In this document: positions 15,001 through 24,515 of the stretch, piece by piece
Position numbering within the stretch: the first letter of the stretch is position 1
Layout: each line of letters starts with the position of its first letter
Made by a program: the position numbers and the translations under genes
Assembly: GCA_963788655.1 (NCBI GenBank)
Contig: CAWBHS010000023.1
Coordinates: 19,053-83,052 of the forward strand
From: an uncultured Verrucomicrobiae bacterium
GTDB taxonomy: Bacteria; Verrucomicrobiota; Verrucomicrobiia; Limisphaerales; JAFGQR01
Direction of reading: 5' to 3'
DNA: 64,000 nt
The notes under the pieces: model-generated
What the model saw: only the letters and a program-made list of their open reading frames with translations
Told to the model about the DNA's origin: nothing
Databases searched by the model: none

Positions 15001-15819
15001 GATGTCAACGTGGTCAAAGGCAATTACCTGGCCACCCTGGCACCGGTGACCATGGCGCCGGTGCCTTTGATGGTGCTAGCAGCAAGTCAGCCTATTGTGG
15101 CGGCTCAATCGCTGGATTTGGCCGAGAGCCAAGAGGCGACGACGCATTCGGCATCAGCACTCGCCCCAACCGAGGCAGCCAATGCAGCGGGACCGTCACT
15201 CGCAATGGCGTCAGCATCGGATAGCAATTTGACTACGAACACCGTTGGGATAGTACCGATCCTCTACCCTGAACCAATCGCGCCGTTCTTTCCAACCTTC
15301 GTAGCAGCCGACGTAAGGAGGCTCACTCTTTCGAAACATGAAGACACAATCGACTCGTCCCGCTTGCTACCCATTACCGATGCAACGCTTGAATCCCATT
15401 CGGTGTTACTGGCCATGAATTTCTCCTCGACTGTTGAGCTTGACCCGCAGCTTTCGATACTGAAGCGTATTGGCATGAGCGCCGATAGTTCCCAGTCTTG
15501 GATAACGATTCTCCCTCCCCGCGAACCGTGTAGCAACGGACGTGAGTCCGCTCTTTCTGAATTCGAAAAGAGTCAGAGCGGACTCACGTCCGCTGCTACA
15601 ATGGTTCAGGAGTTCAACGCGCCAATGTTTTTGGGCAATTATCTCCCCCGCAAACATCGCGGGGGCGAGGGAACAGAAAAGGACGACGTTGGAATCATCG
15701 CTAGTCGCCAGCAACTCCGGCCACGTTTGGAACGTATGGGATCGCATGTTGTTGAAAGTCATCCTGCGACCACCGAAATCCGAGCGGCTGAATCCCCCGT
15801 AAAGGAGACGTACCGATGA
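1..15819 (+). CDS. Giant secreted multidomain protein (propeller-like repeats, PbH1 beta-helices, 3 LamG, 3 PA14, Ig-like domains, C-terminal dockerin); 5'-truncated by the window and split by apparent frameshifts
   Basis: ORFs 14-1210, 1242-13532, 13012-14058, 13694-14812 and 14809-15819 join into one coherent protein across indels at ~1168, ~13468, ~13953 and ~14720-14770. LamG motifs (YYRLGE...WQHFVAT...DEAAIY), PA14 motifs (FRWSGEIY...GSYTFY), GxxxxxN beta-helix repeats and DPLFV...DNFHL...SPAID motifs are visible. The frame is open at the left edge. Confidence 0.85.
14872..15027 (+). other. Dockerin type I-like domain (two EF-hand-like repeats) within the giant protein
   Basis: GDVNADRVVNDRDL...NADLDGDSQVTQTDVNVVKGNY matches the duplicated DxNxDxxVxxxD Ca-binding pattern of dockerins. 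Confidence 0.75.
15511..15649. repeat. REP-type palindromic element (GTAGCAGCGGACGTGAGTCCGC family), copy 1, inside the tail of the giant gene
   Basis: Inverted pair tgtagcaacggacgtgagtccgctc / gagcggactcacgtccgctgctaca; homologous copy at 60974-61110. Confidence 0.85.
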
Positions 15820-16614
15820 ACCACCGTTCCCGGCCATTTCTCATCTTGCTTGCCTGTCTGCTCGCCAGTTTGGCGTCGTCGAGTTCGGCGCAGGTCGTGG
15901 CGGTGACATTGCGCCTGGACACCAACCAAATCCCGGTGGGCGGCAGCACGCAGTTGCACGTTGAGGCGCAAATCCTGCCGGCGTACCGCAACGGAGCGTA
16001 CGGCATCTTTTCCTGGTATGTGGACGTGCTCAACACCAATGGCGCCATCGCCAGTGCGAACTACACGGTGATGCAGAAGACGGCTTCGGACAACGACCCG
16101 GATTCTTCCTCCATCGGCACGGCGGACGGTGCCAGTCAGCGCGGCATCTACGACACATTCCTGGACTTGCCCGGCGCCGGCCTTGACGCGCCGGTGGAGT
16201 TGATGACTATCCCGATCACCGGCCTCGCGGTCGGCCAAACACGCTTCGAGGTACAAGCCGGGACGGGGGTGCCGGAATTGAGCGCGGATTTCTTGGTGGC
16301 GGTCACCAACGCCCCGGACCCCTTGACCGGCGGCGATTACAGCGCCGCCAGCGTCGATTTGACCGTGTTGCTAGGTCACGCCCACCGCCCCGCATCTGAC
16401 GATAACCAGCGCGAAATTACCCGGCGGTTCCGACCAGGTAACTCTCCATTACACCGTCCAACCCGGCTACGATTACTATGTAGAATACCGCGACAGCCTA
16501 ACGCCGGGAGTGCCGTGGCAAACCCTGCCCGGCGGTCCGCACAATTCCGGCGTGCCCATCGATGTTCCCGGCGTGCCAACTCGCTTCTATCGGGTGCGAG
16601 TCGTCGCGCCTTAG
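15816..16614 (+). CDS. Secreted cohesin-like protein with C-terminal 'FYRV' putative sorting domain (frameshift at ~16373)
   Basis: AAGGAG RBS, signal peptide, and a beta-sandwich pattern (VTLRLD..IPVGGSTQLHV...VELMTIPITGLAVGQTRF). The +1 frame after 16374 reads VTPTAPHLTITSAKLPGGSDQVTLHYTVQPGYDYYVEYRDSLTPGVPWQTLPGGPHNSGVPIDVPGVPTRFYRVRVVAP*. Confidence 0.7.
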
Positions 16615-16807
16615 CTGTGACTATTCCGTAGGACAGGCGTCGCGCCTGTCTCGAACGACTGCCAACCATCGATTTGCCCCGCGGCGTCGGAAGCCTCTCC
16701 AAGTCACCAAAAGGTGAGAATGCCTTTGGCCATTCGAGACAGGCGAGACGCCTGTCCTACCGCGCCGAGGCGCGTCATCGCTGCTCCGGCTACTGAATTG
16801 ATACGCC
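16614..16807. mobile_element. 194-bp MITE-like element carrying a GTAGGACAGGCGTC REP pair
   Basis: Homologous to and the same length as 54216-54409; inner inverted pair gtaggacaggcgtcgcgcctgtctcgaa / ttcgagacaggcgagacgcctgtcctac. Confidence 0.75.
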
Positions 16808-16932
16808 TTGGATTGTTGAACGCGCCGAGAAGACGGTTAACGATCCTCTTCCTAAACCGGTACAAAAACAGCCAGAGAATCTTGGGCTGCGAATGACTCG
16901 CTTTTTTCGAGTCGAGCCACCAAATTGCACCA

Positions 16933-17892
16933 ATGCAGATTACACGTGTCGTTGTTTTCACCTTTGGCGTGCTCGTAGCCGCCGCGGGCCACGCGCCGGC
17001 GTGCGACCTTTGCGCCATATACACCGCGATGGAGGCCCAGGGCTCGGCCCGGACCGGCCTGTTCCTTGGCGCCGCCGAGCAATTCACCCATTTTGGTACG
17101 TTGCAGTTCGATGGCCGCGAAGTTCCCAATCCGAGCGGTCAGCGACTCGACAGTTCCATTGCGCAGGCGATCGTGGGTTACAGCTTTACCCAACGGTTCA
17201 GCTTGCAAGCCAATGTTCCGTTGATCTATCGCTCGTTCAAGCGGCCCGAAGGATTCACTATCGATGAAGGCAGTGAGTCAGGTTTGGGCGACGTTTCTGT
17301 GCTCGGCAAGTTTTTGGTTTGGCGCTTGGACACTGAAGATTTCACCGTCACCTGGAACCTGCTCGGTGGCGTCAAGTTTCCCACCGGAAGCACGAGCCGC
17401 CTCCAGGAGGAACTGCACGAAACCGAGGTCGAGGGGGCTCCGGAAAGTGGCATTCACGGTCATGACTTGACGTTGGGAACCGGTTCATTTGATGGCCTCG
17501 TGGGCACGAGCGCTTACCTGCGCTACCGGCGCCTGTTCGCCACGGGTACGGTCCAGTATTCGATTCGCTCGGAAGGCGATTATGACTACCGCTTCGCCAA
17601 CGACCTCACTTGGAGTGGCGGTCCGGGTGGTTACCTGCTTTTGGCGCACACGTACACTCTCGCCCTGCAGGCAGTGGTGGCAGGTGAGCACAAGGGTACG
17701 GACTCCTTTCATGGGCAATCAGCCGTGGACACGGGCATCACATCGGTTTATCTCGGACCGAAGCTCATCGCCACTTGGAAAGACCGGCTGAGTGCGGACG
17801 TGGGCATCGATCTTCCCGTGAGCATCGAGAATACCGCTCTGCAAGCAGTGCCAGATTTCCGAGTGCGGGCCGGGCTGGCTTGGCGGTTCTAA
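16933..17892 (+). CDS. Outer-membrane beta-barrel 'transporter' (MetA-pathway-of-phenol-degradation-like)
   Basis: Signal peptide, SGLGDVSV and GVKFPTG motifs, LGTGSFD, amphipathic strands, C-terminal W-x-F. Confidence 0.75.
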   Translation: MQITRVVVFTFGVLVAAAGHAPACDLCAIYTAMEAQGSARTGLFLGAAEQFTHFGTLQFDGREVPNPSGQRLDSSIAQAIVGYSFTQRFSLQANVPLIYRSFKRPEGFTIDEGSESGLGDVSVLGKFLVWRLDTEDFTVTWNLLGGVKFPTGSTSRLQEELHETEVEGAPESGIHGHDLTLGTGSFDGLVGTSAYLRYRRLFATGTVQYSIRSEGDYDYRFANDLTWSGGPGGYLLLAHTYTLALQAVVAGEHKGTDSFHGQSAVDTGITSVYLGPKLIATWKDRLSADVGIDLPVSIENTALQAVPDFRVRAGLAWRF

Positions 17893-18056
17893 CGTAAATG
17901 TCCGTGGTGCAATTGCGGCGGAACTTTCGCCATGCCATCGTGCCGACGCGAGGCACGAACCGCACCCTCACGAACCGCAGTTGACCTGGGCGCTCGGCGC
18001 AGCCATCCTAATCGGCGATCGATTTGCCCTACGAACCAGTCCGCCGGTTGAAGCTT

Positions 18057-18360
18057 ATGTCGCCCGAACAAAACAGGGGTTGCTGAAGAACATTCCCGCC
18101 ATCACGGAGTTGCTCAAAAGCAAAACGGTCACGAATGGCTGAAGGTGCATCCCGCAACCCTGGTGACCGAATGAGTGCGCGACGCCGTGTCCTCCGTGCG
18201 CCAGCCAGTGCTCGCCGACGCGGAAAGCCGCCAGGAAACACCGCCGTTGACTGCCGACGCGATCCTGGCCCGCGCGGCGGAGTTACTCGTGCAAACCACC
18301 GCCCCGCACCTGCGCGAAGCCATCAATGCCACCGGGATCATTCTGCACACCGGCCTGGGC
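18057..18360 (+). pseudogene. selA: Truncated selenocysteine synthase (SelA) N-terminal fragment
   Basis: Reconstructed as LLKNIPAITELL...HPATLVTE*VRDAV...PHLREAINATGIILHTGLG, matching the SelA INATGxxLHTxLG motif. It has two frameshifts, an in-frame TGA at 18172 and ends abruptly at a repeat. Confidence 0.75.
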
Positions 18361-18361
18361 G

Positions 18362-18433
18362 GAGACAGGCGAGACGCCTGTCCTACCGCGCTGAATCGCG
18401 TCATCGCTGCTCCAGCTATTGAATGGATACGGC
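18362..18433. repeat. Right half of the 194-bp MITE/REP element
   Basis: gagacaggcgagacgcctgtcctaccgcgctgaatcgcgtcatcgctgctccagctattgaatggatacggc matches 54338-54409. Confidence 0.85.
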
Positions 18434-18456
18434 TGAGCGGTTCTTCCAGCCTTGTG

Positions 18457-19645
18457 TTATCGCTTCCGGCGATCCCAATTCTGCTCGCGGATGAGTTGCT
18501 CCAACTCAGTCTTGGGAGCGAAGTCAGCCGGGATGATCTTCCACCGACTGAGGTAATTGAAAACGTCGCGCAAATGGCGGGCGTCATTCCTCCGGCTGTC
18601 CAGTTGGCTGGCCGGCAACTTCTTCAGGTTGGCGACGTAGGCCCCGGCCATTTGCTCGCACTTTTCCATGGTGACCGGCTCCTTTTCATAGATAAGCGAT
18701 TCGAAGTAGCGCAGCATTTGCGGCATCGGGTTGTCCGGTTGGTTCATGGTCGCGGCATCGGCGCGGATCGAGGCAGCAATTTCTTTACGTTTGGCCATCG
18801 TGGCTTCGGTGCTCAGATAACCATCGGTCCCGCCCTGGGACAAACGTAACGGCAGTTCGCGATACCAGATGTTGCGGAAGCGCACTGGGTTGCCGTGGTC
18901 CTGGAGGCGAAGCGAGCCTTTTTCTGGAAACGGACGGGGCTTAGTGCGGCCCAAGTGGCCGCCTGGGCCTTCCAACGGAGTGTGGTCCTGCACCAGCACG
19001 CCGTTCATGAACACGGTCACGTAACCGAGATCGATTGCCTTGCCGTCCTGGTAAACGGGGCGGCGGAAGACGATGTCATAGACCTCCCATTCGCCGGGCG
19101 GCCGCAGGGCATTGGCCAGGGGCGGATTGATGCCGTAATAACCCCCGGCCGCCCCATCCGCGTAAGTCAGATTATTGTAACAATCCAGCACCTGGATTTC
19201 GAGTCCGCCCGGCAGGAAAACGCCGCTGTTGCCGCGGCCCTGGCTGCTGCCGGAGATATTCTTGGGCTCCGCCCATTCGATGTGTAACTGGCAGTCGCCG
19301 AATTGCTGCTTGGTATGGATTTCGCCGGTGCCGGGTTTCACTTCCAGGCACCCATCTTTGATCAGCCACGGGGCCGGTCCCCCCTTGTTGTTGGCCCAGT
19401 TGGAGAGGTCCGTCCCGTCGAACAGCACAATGGCGTCCGACGGTGGTTGGCCCGGTTGCGCCTGAGAACTGAACGTGCCGGGCGTGACCACTTTCGGCTG
19501 CGGCCGGTTGCCATCGTGAACGGCCCAGGGATGATGTTCGTCCGGCGGGTCACCATAGAAAACGGGCCCAGTGGAAGCGGCGAGTCCCGCCGAGGCCACC
19601 AATAAAACAGTACCTACTGAAGGTAAGAGGTAGAATCGATTTCAT
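18457..19645 (-). CDS. DUF1080 / 3-keto-disaccharide hydrolase family protein with C-terminal helical extension
   Basis: PPSDAIVLFDG, FGDCQLHIEW, QGRGNSGV, EIQVLD and LQDHGNPVRFRNIW motifs; probable ATG at 19645 with a frameshift in the signal peptide. Confidence 0.88.
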
Positions 19646-19857
19646 GTCCCAGCATTGCACTGCCGGTTGGGCAACGTCAATACTTGGGCGCGGCTGGCGG
19701 GCCAGGCGCGCGTTACCCCGGTATATTTTTCTGTTTATCTTTTGGCAAGCGTCAGTAATCTCCCCGCAAATGCATGGCGATTGACCAGTGTGCTTTCAAG
19801 GATTCGGAGAGCAAGCCTTGAGTAACCTCACCGCCATGATGAGTCGCGGTTGTTGGC

Positions 19858-21165
19858 ATGAAAAGCGTATTGCTCATCCAAAGTAACGAAGGGGAACGGA
19901 CCGCCATCGCCCAATTCCTGCGCCAGCGTGGCTGGCAGGTCTGGGAAGTGGACGACGAACAGAACGCCATGGCGTTGACCCGCCAACACCAACCCGTCCT
20001 GGTGCTTTGGGACCTGACCGGTCGCCCGACCAACGACCTGGAATGGGGCGCTGATCTTCGCGCCAACCGCGATTTGCCCCCACTTCGGATCATTGCCCTC
20101 GGCGATCCTCATCCCGGCATCAGCCGGACCCGGGTGCTCGAAGCCGGCGCCGACGAGTTTCTGGTCAAACCGGTCAGCCCGGAGGAATTACTGCGATTCA
20201 TGGAGAACCTGGCGCCACTCCCGCGGCCCCAGGAGCAAGCCGCCGTAGCAGTGGTCCCTGGCACGACGTTGAGGTTCTGGGGCGTCCGCGGTTCGATCCC
20301 CGCCCCCGGTCCCGGCACGCTGGAATTTGGCGGCAATACCTCATGCCTCGAAGTGCGCGCCGGCGGCGAAATCATCGTGCTCGATTCCGGCAGCGGGATC
20401 CGGTTGCTGGGCCGAGAACTGGCGTCTGAGTTCAAAGTGCAGCCCTTGCAAGTGACGATTCTGATCAGTCACACGCATTGGGATCACATTCAAGGATTCC
20501 CATTTTTCCTCCCCGCCTACGACCGGAAGAATCACATCCGCATCCTGGGCTACGAAGGGGCGCGGGAAGGATTGACTCGCGTTTTTTCCCTGCAAATGGA
20601 GGGGCCTTATTTCCCCATCGATTTCAAGGAACTGCCCAGCAACATCATCATCGAAGAACTCAAGGACTTGGAATTTCATCTCGGCCAAGTCAAGGTGGAG
20701 GCGATGCCCACCAACCATCCTGGCGTCTGCATGGGGTATCGGTTGACCACCCCGGACGGGACTATTGTCTATCTGCCGGACAACGAACCTTGTTACCTGG
20801 TGCATCCACAGGCTCGGCAGCAACTCGGTGACTTACCTGCCGATGTCTCCTCGACCAAAGCGCACGAACAGCGTACACTCGAATTCATGCGTGGCGCCGA
20901 CGCGTTGATCATCGATGCCCAATACGACGCCCGCGAATACAAGTCCCACATGGGCTGGGGCCATGGGTGCGTGGATGACGTGGTCAACATGGCCATCGCG
21001 GCGGACGTCAAGCGCCTATATCTGTTTCATCATGACCCGGATCACAACGACGCGAAGATCGCCGCCATGGTGGACGGGGCCCGGCAAATAGCAAAGGCCC
21101 ACGGCAGCCCAATCCTGATTGAAGGAGCGCGGGAAGGCGAAAGTTGCAAGCTGTTTCAAGCGTGA
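19858..21165 (+). CDS. Response-regulator receiver domain fused to MBL-fold metallo-hydrolase
   Basis: N-terminal REC (VLWD, GADEFLVKP); FWGVRGSIP, GGNTSC, SHTHWDHIQG, GWGH and LFHHDP MBL motifs. Confidence 0.9.
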   Translation: MKSVLLIQSNEGERTAIAQFLRQRGWQVWEVDDEQNAMALTRQHQPVLVLWDLTGRPTNDLEWGADLRANRDLPPLRIIALGDPHPGISRTRVLEAGADEFLVKPVSPEELLRFMENLAPLPRPQEQAAVAVVPGTTLRFWGVRGSIPAPGPGTLEFGGNTSCLEVRAGGEIIVLDSGSGIRLLGRELASEFKVQPLQVTILISHTHWDHIQGFPFFLPAYDRKNHIRILGYEGAREGLTRVFSLQMEGPYFPIDFKELPSNIIIEELKDLEFHLGQVKVEAMPTNHPGVCMGYRLTTPDGTIVYLPDNEPCYLVHPQARQQLGDLPADVSSTKAHEQRTLEFMRGADALIIDAQYDAREYKSHMGWGHGCVDDVVNMAIAADVKRLYLFHHDPDHNDAKIAAMVDGARQIAKAHGSPILIEGAREGESCKLFQA

Positions 21166-21285
21166 GAGCCGAAACGGAGTGACCATCTCGTCCTTTGGAC
21201 AGGTTTTCCGGCGATCGCGAGTTTTCTAAAAGCGTCCAACACCACGCCCAACGCCGCGCCGACAGGAAGCACTTTCCGACGTTCG

Positions 21286-21476
21286 GGACAGCCGGGACGG
21301 CTGTCCTACTTGATCGGCACCGCTCATCAACCGAAGCCCGCCTGACCTACTGCAGTTTAGCGTGTTGCCGGCATCCTGCCGGCAGATCGAGCGGAGCACT
21401 GTGCGGTGAACGGAGGGAGTAGTCCGAACGCATTCAGACCATTCGTTTCTGTCGGCGAGACGCCGACAGCACGTTG
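21286..21476. repeat. Intergenic REP cluster (GTAGGACAG-type and CTGCCGGCATCxTGCCGGCAG-type)
   Basis: ggacagccgggacggctgtcctac; cgtgttgccggcatcctgccggcaga paired with tctgtcggcgagacgccgacagcacg. Confidence 0.7.
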
Positions 21477-21535
21477 GCGCATGACGGTGCAGTCGGGGGG
21501 GGCGTGCTCCCCGTAGCCAATTGTCTGCTTTCGGT

Positions 21536-21990
21536 TTAGGACTTGGTTCGAACGGCACCCGCCGCTGCGGACAATCCCTCGAATTTTTGTTTCAGGGTGC
21601 TCTTGCCGGGCAAACCCACGATTTGGTCCACCTTCTTTCCATCCTTAAATATCAGGAGTGTAGGAATCGCTCGAATGCCGTAACGCTCCGCCAGGGCGGA
21701 TTGTTCATCGACGTTGACTTTGCCCACCCGGACAGTTTCGTGGTACTCGTCGGCCATTTCCGCCACCAAGAGGGGCGAGCTGTCGGCAGGGTCCGCACCA
21801 GGAAGCCCAGAAATCGACCACGATGGGTAGCGGCGAAGCCTTCAATTGCTGATCAAAATTCTCGCGCGTCAGCGTTACCAGTGTATTTGCTGGTGACCTC
21901 GGGATTACCGGCAGAAGGATTGCCGCAAGCTCCGAGAGCGAGGAGGACCGCGGCGGCAGTTGGTAAGAGTAGCCAGTTCAGTAACTTCAT
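21536..21990 (-). CDS. Thioredoxin with N-terminal lipoprotein signal (two apparent frameshifts)
   Basis: Reconstructed [22 protein letters not shown]...[45 protein letters not shown]...GKVNVDEQ...[16 protein letters not shown]. Confidence 0.85.
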
Positions 21991-22139
21991 CGGCTTCAAG
22001 TTGGGGTACCCTACGGATAATTGCAACGGTGTCATTGCCTTCCTATCCCGAAGCAATGTCTCGGAATGCCGCAACTTTATTGGCTCAAGATGGTGGCGCT
22101 CTTCTGCCGAATCGCCGCGACGCCAGATTCATGGGGAAC

Positions 22140-24417
22140 TCACCGCCGGAGGCGCACGGCGAGATCGCGGTCCATAGCCGGTAAAGCAATCCGGGCAAAT
22201 CCCGAGGCTGGGACGACTCACCGACTGGGTGTCGAGGACGCCTTTGCCCCAAGTGTCCCAGACTTCGGCTTTCCACGATCCCGGAGCCACGCCGGGTAAA
22301 ACCAGAATTGACGGTGCCGCCGGCGGGATTTGCGCCTTCTGCACACACACATTCTGCCAGGTGCGGCCTTCCAAGCGTGCCCACGCCAGCGCCGTGGTTT
22401 TTCCGACCAGGCCCCAAGCGAGCACCGGCGGTTTGCGGGTTTCCATCGCGCCAGGCAGACGATACTGCACCATGAACCAATCTTTGCCCGTATTCTCCAC
22501 CACCACCGTGTGCGCACCGGCGGGGACTTCAATCGCGTAGGTTCCCGCGAACTGAGTCAGCGTTTTGTAGCTCGGATCATTGTCCGGAAATTCCCGTGTC
22601 AACGCCGTCTTCCCGTCGAGACTTACTTGCAAGACCGCGCCACCATAGCCGGACACGTCGCCCACGAGCACTTCGAAGCGTGCCGGCCACGGCAAGTCCA
22701 GCGCGAAGGTGACCGGATTGTGTTGGTCTCGATGGCCGCCCAATCCGTGCTGGATGCCGGCCAAAGGCAATTCACCGGAGATGCCCGTCCGGGTGATCCG
22801 CACTTGGCGCGGCTGATTGAATTCGGTTTTCTCCCAGCTCACCGGTCCTTCGTTCAGCAGCAGATCGGTGCGCGGATGTGGCGTCTCTTTGTCCTGCCAT
22901 TCCAGGGAGGGGGTGACAGTGTGAAAACGTTCGGCGGGCCAATCCACGTCGGTGGTGAACCGGACGAGGGGCGTAAACAAAGGATACAATTTCAAAGGAT
23001 CAATGAGATTATCCCACCACCAGGATTGCGCGGATGCGGCGCCACCGGTCACCACCGATACCCAAAGTGGATCGTGAACCTGCAAACCTTCACGGTCATC
23101 CTGCCGGCGCGGCCCGCCGGCGTCAGCGCCGATTTCACCCACGTAATGCGGTTTGCCGTAGGTGGCTTTGGTCAATTGGGCGCGGGCGGCCGTTGGCACA
23201 ATGTCCGCGCTGCCGTAGTGATGGGTTTGCGCATAATCGAGTTCTGGCAGCCGATCAATTTCGGGATCGCCACGCGTGTTGGCAAAACTGGTGGTAATCA
23301 AATGGCCGTACGGATCGAGCGCCCGCAAGGCCCGCGCCATGCGTTGGTGCCAGTCGCGGACCGGAGCGGTTTGATAGCCGGTCGTGATGTCCACTTCATT
23401 CCAAAACTCCCAGGCGAATACTTGCCGATAGGCGCCGTAGCGGGCGACGAGATACCGCAGCTTGTGACGATACCAGCGGTCCATTTCCGCGTTGGTCCAG
23501 AACTCGGTCGGCTGTTGCAGCGGCCCGCCGTTCTTCGCGTTGTGCGGCGTGTTGTCCCATTGGGGATACGCGTTTTTCTCCCGAAGGATGTTGTAGGAAT
23601 CAATACACAGCTTGAGCCATAAGCCGTGTTGGGCAGCCAGCCCGAGCACATAATCAATGCGCCAGGCATTCGCCAGATCAAATTGCCCCATACCTTTCCC
23701 GTCCGCAGGGGCGCCGGCTTGTTCGAGGGCAAACGTCGTCCAATTCGGCGACAACCACAGCCGGCCGTAATTACAACCCGCCGCCTCATAACGCGGCAGC
23801 CACGCGTCATAATCGAACGTGCCGCGCCGGCCGGCCCAGCAGATATTGGCGCCGATCGGGAACATCGGTTGGCCGTCTTCAAATTCGAAGTAATGCCGAT
23901 CCCGCGAACTCACGCGCACGAGGCCGTGGTTATGGGAGGGACTGGCTTTAAAGGGCACCGGTTTGGATTCGACCGTGCCGGTCCGATCCCGCAAAACCAC
24001 GACCGCGCTGTAATCGCCCACTTGGCTCGGCGCATAGCGGATGCGCCAGGAGGGATCGCCCGCTGGAGTGAGGATCTCATTGCCGGATTGTTGGGAGCGC
24101 TTGAATGGTCGGTAAAGGAAGCCGGGCACGGAAACGGTCTCGCCTGAAGGCGTAGTGATACGAGCGTCCAGCGCCACGTCGTCCGGGTCAAACGGATTGT
24201 CGTAGGCGGCGCCCAGTTCCACGGTCATTTCGATCCGTTCCCATCGAGGAATCGTCGGGGCAGAGAGCGACACCTTTTGAATGGCCAAGTCCGTTTTGCA
24301 GGCGTAAGGCGTGACCAGACGGGTGACCGGTTCGGCCGATTGGGCACCAGGCATCAGCAGGAGGAAGCCCAGGCACAGGGCGAAACAACCAAAGGCAGCC
24401 TTCCAGGTGGAGCGCAT
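22140..24417 (-). CDS. Secreted DUF5060-domain glycoside hydrolase (GH5-like TIM barrel)
   Basis: YDNPFDP DUF5060 motif, FAWEFWNEV catalytic region and KPHYVGEIG nucleophile region; the C-terminus probably continues in a shifted frame (…ARIALPAMDRDLAVRLRR*). Confidence 0.85.
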
Positions 24418-24515
24418 ACTTCGCAGCGTGTGTCATGAGGCATCAGACGCATGACACCGGGGAGGAGCTTCATTTTTCATTCTCGAAATCGCGAGCTTGT
24501 GGCAAAGTCCGGCGC

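Noticed and set aside
1..15819. Five separate genes, or a pseudogene, in the first 15.8 kb
   Set aside because: Repeat motifs continue across each break and the downstream pieces lack signal peptides; one gene with indel errors fits better.
18172..18174. In-frame TGA in selA as selenocysteine recoding
   Set aside because: The gene is also frameshifted and truncated, and no SECIS could be supported.
18175..18849. 224-aa ORF as an intact gene
   Set aside because: Chimera of the selA fragment, a repeat and the antisense strand of the DUF1080 gene.
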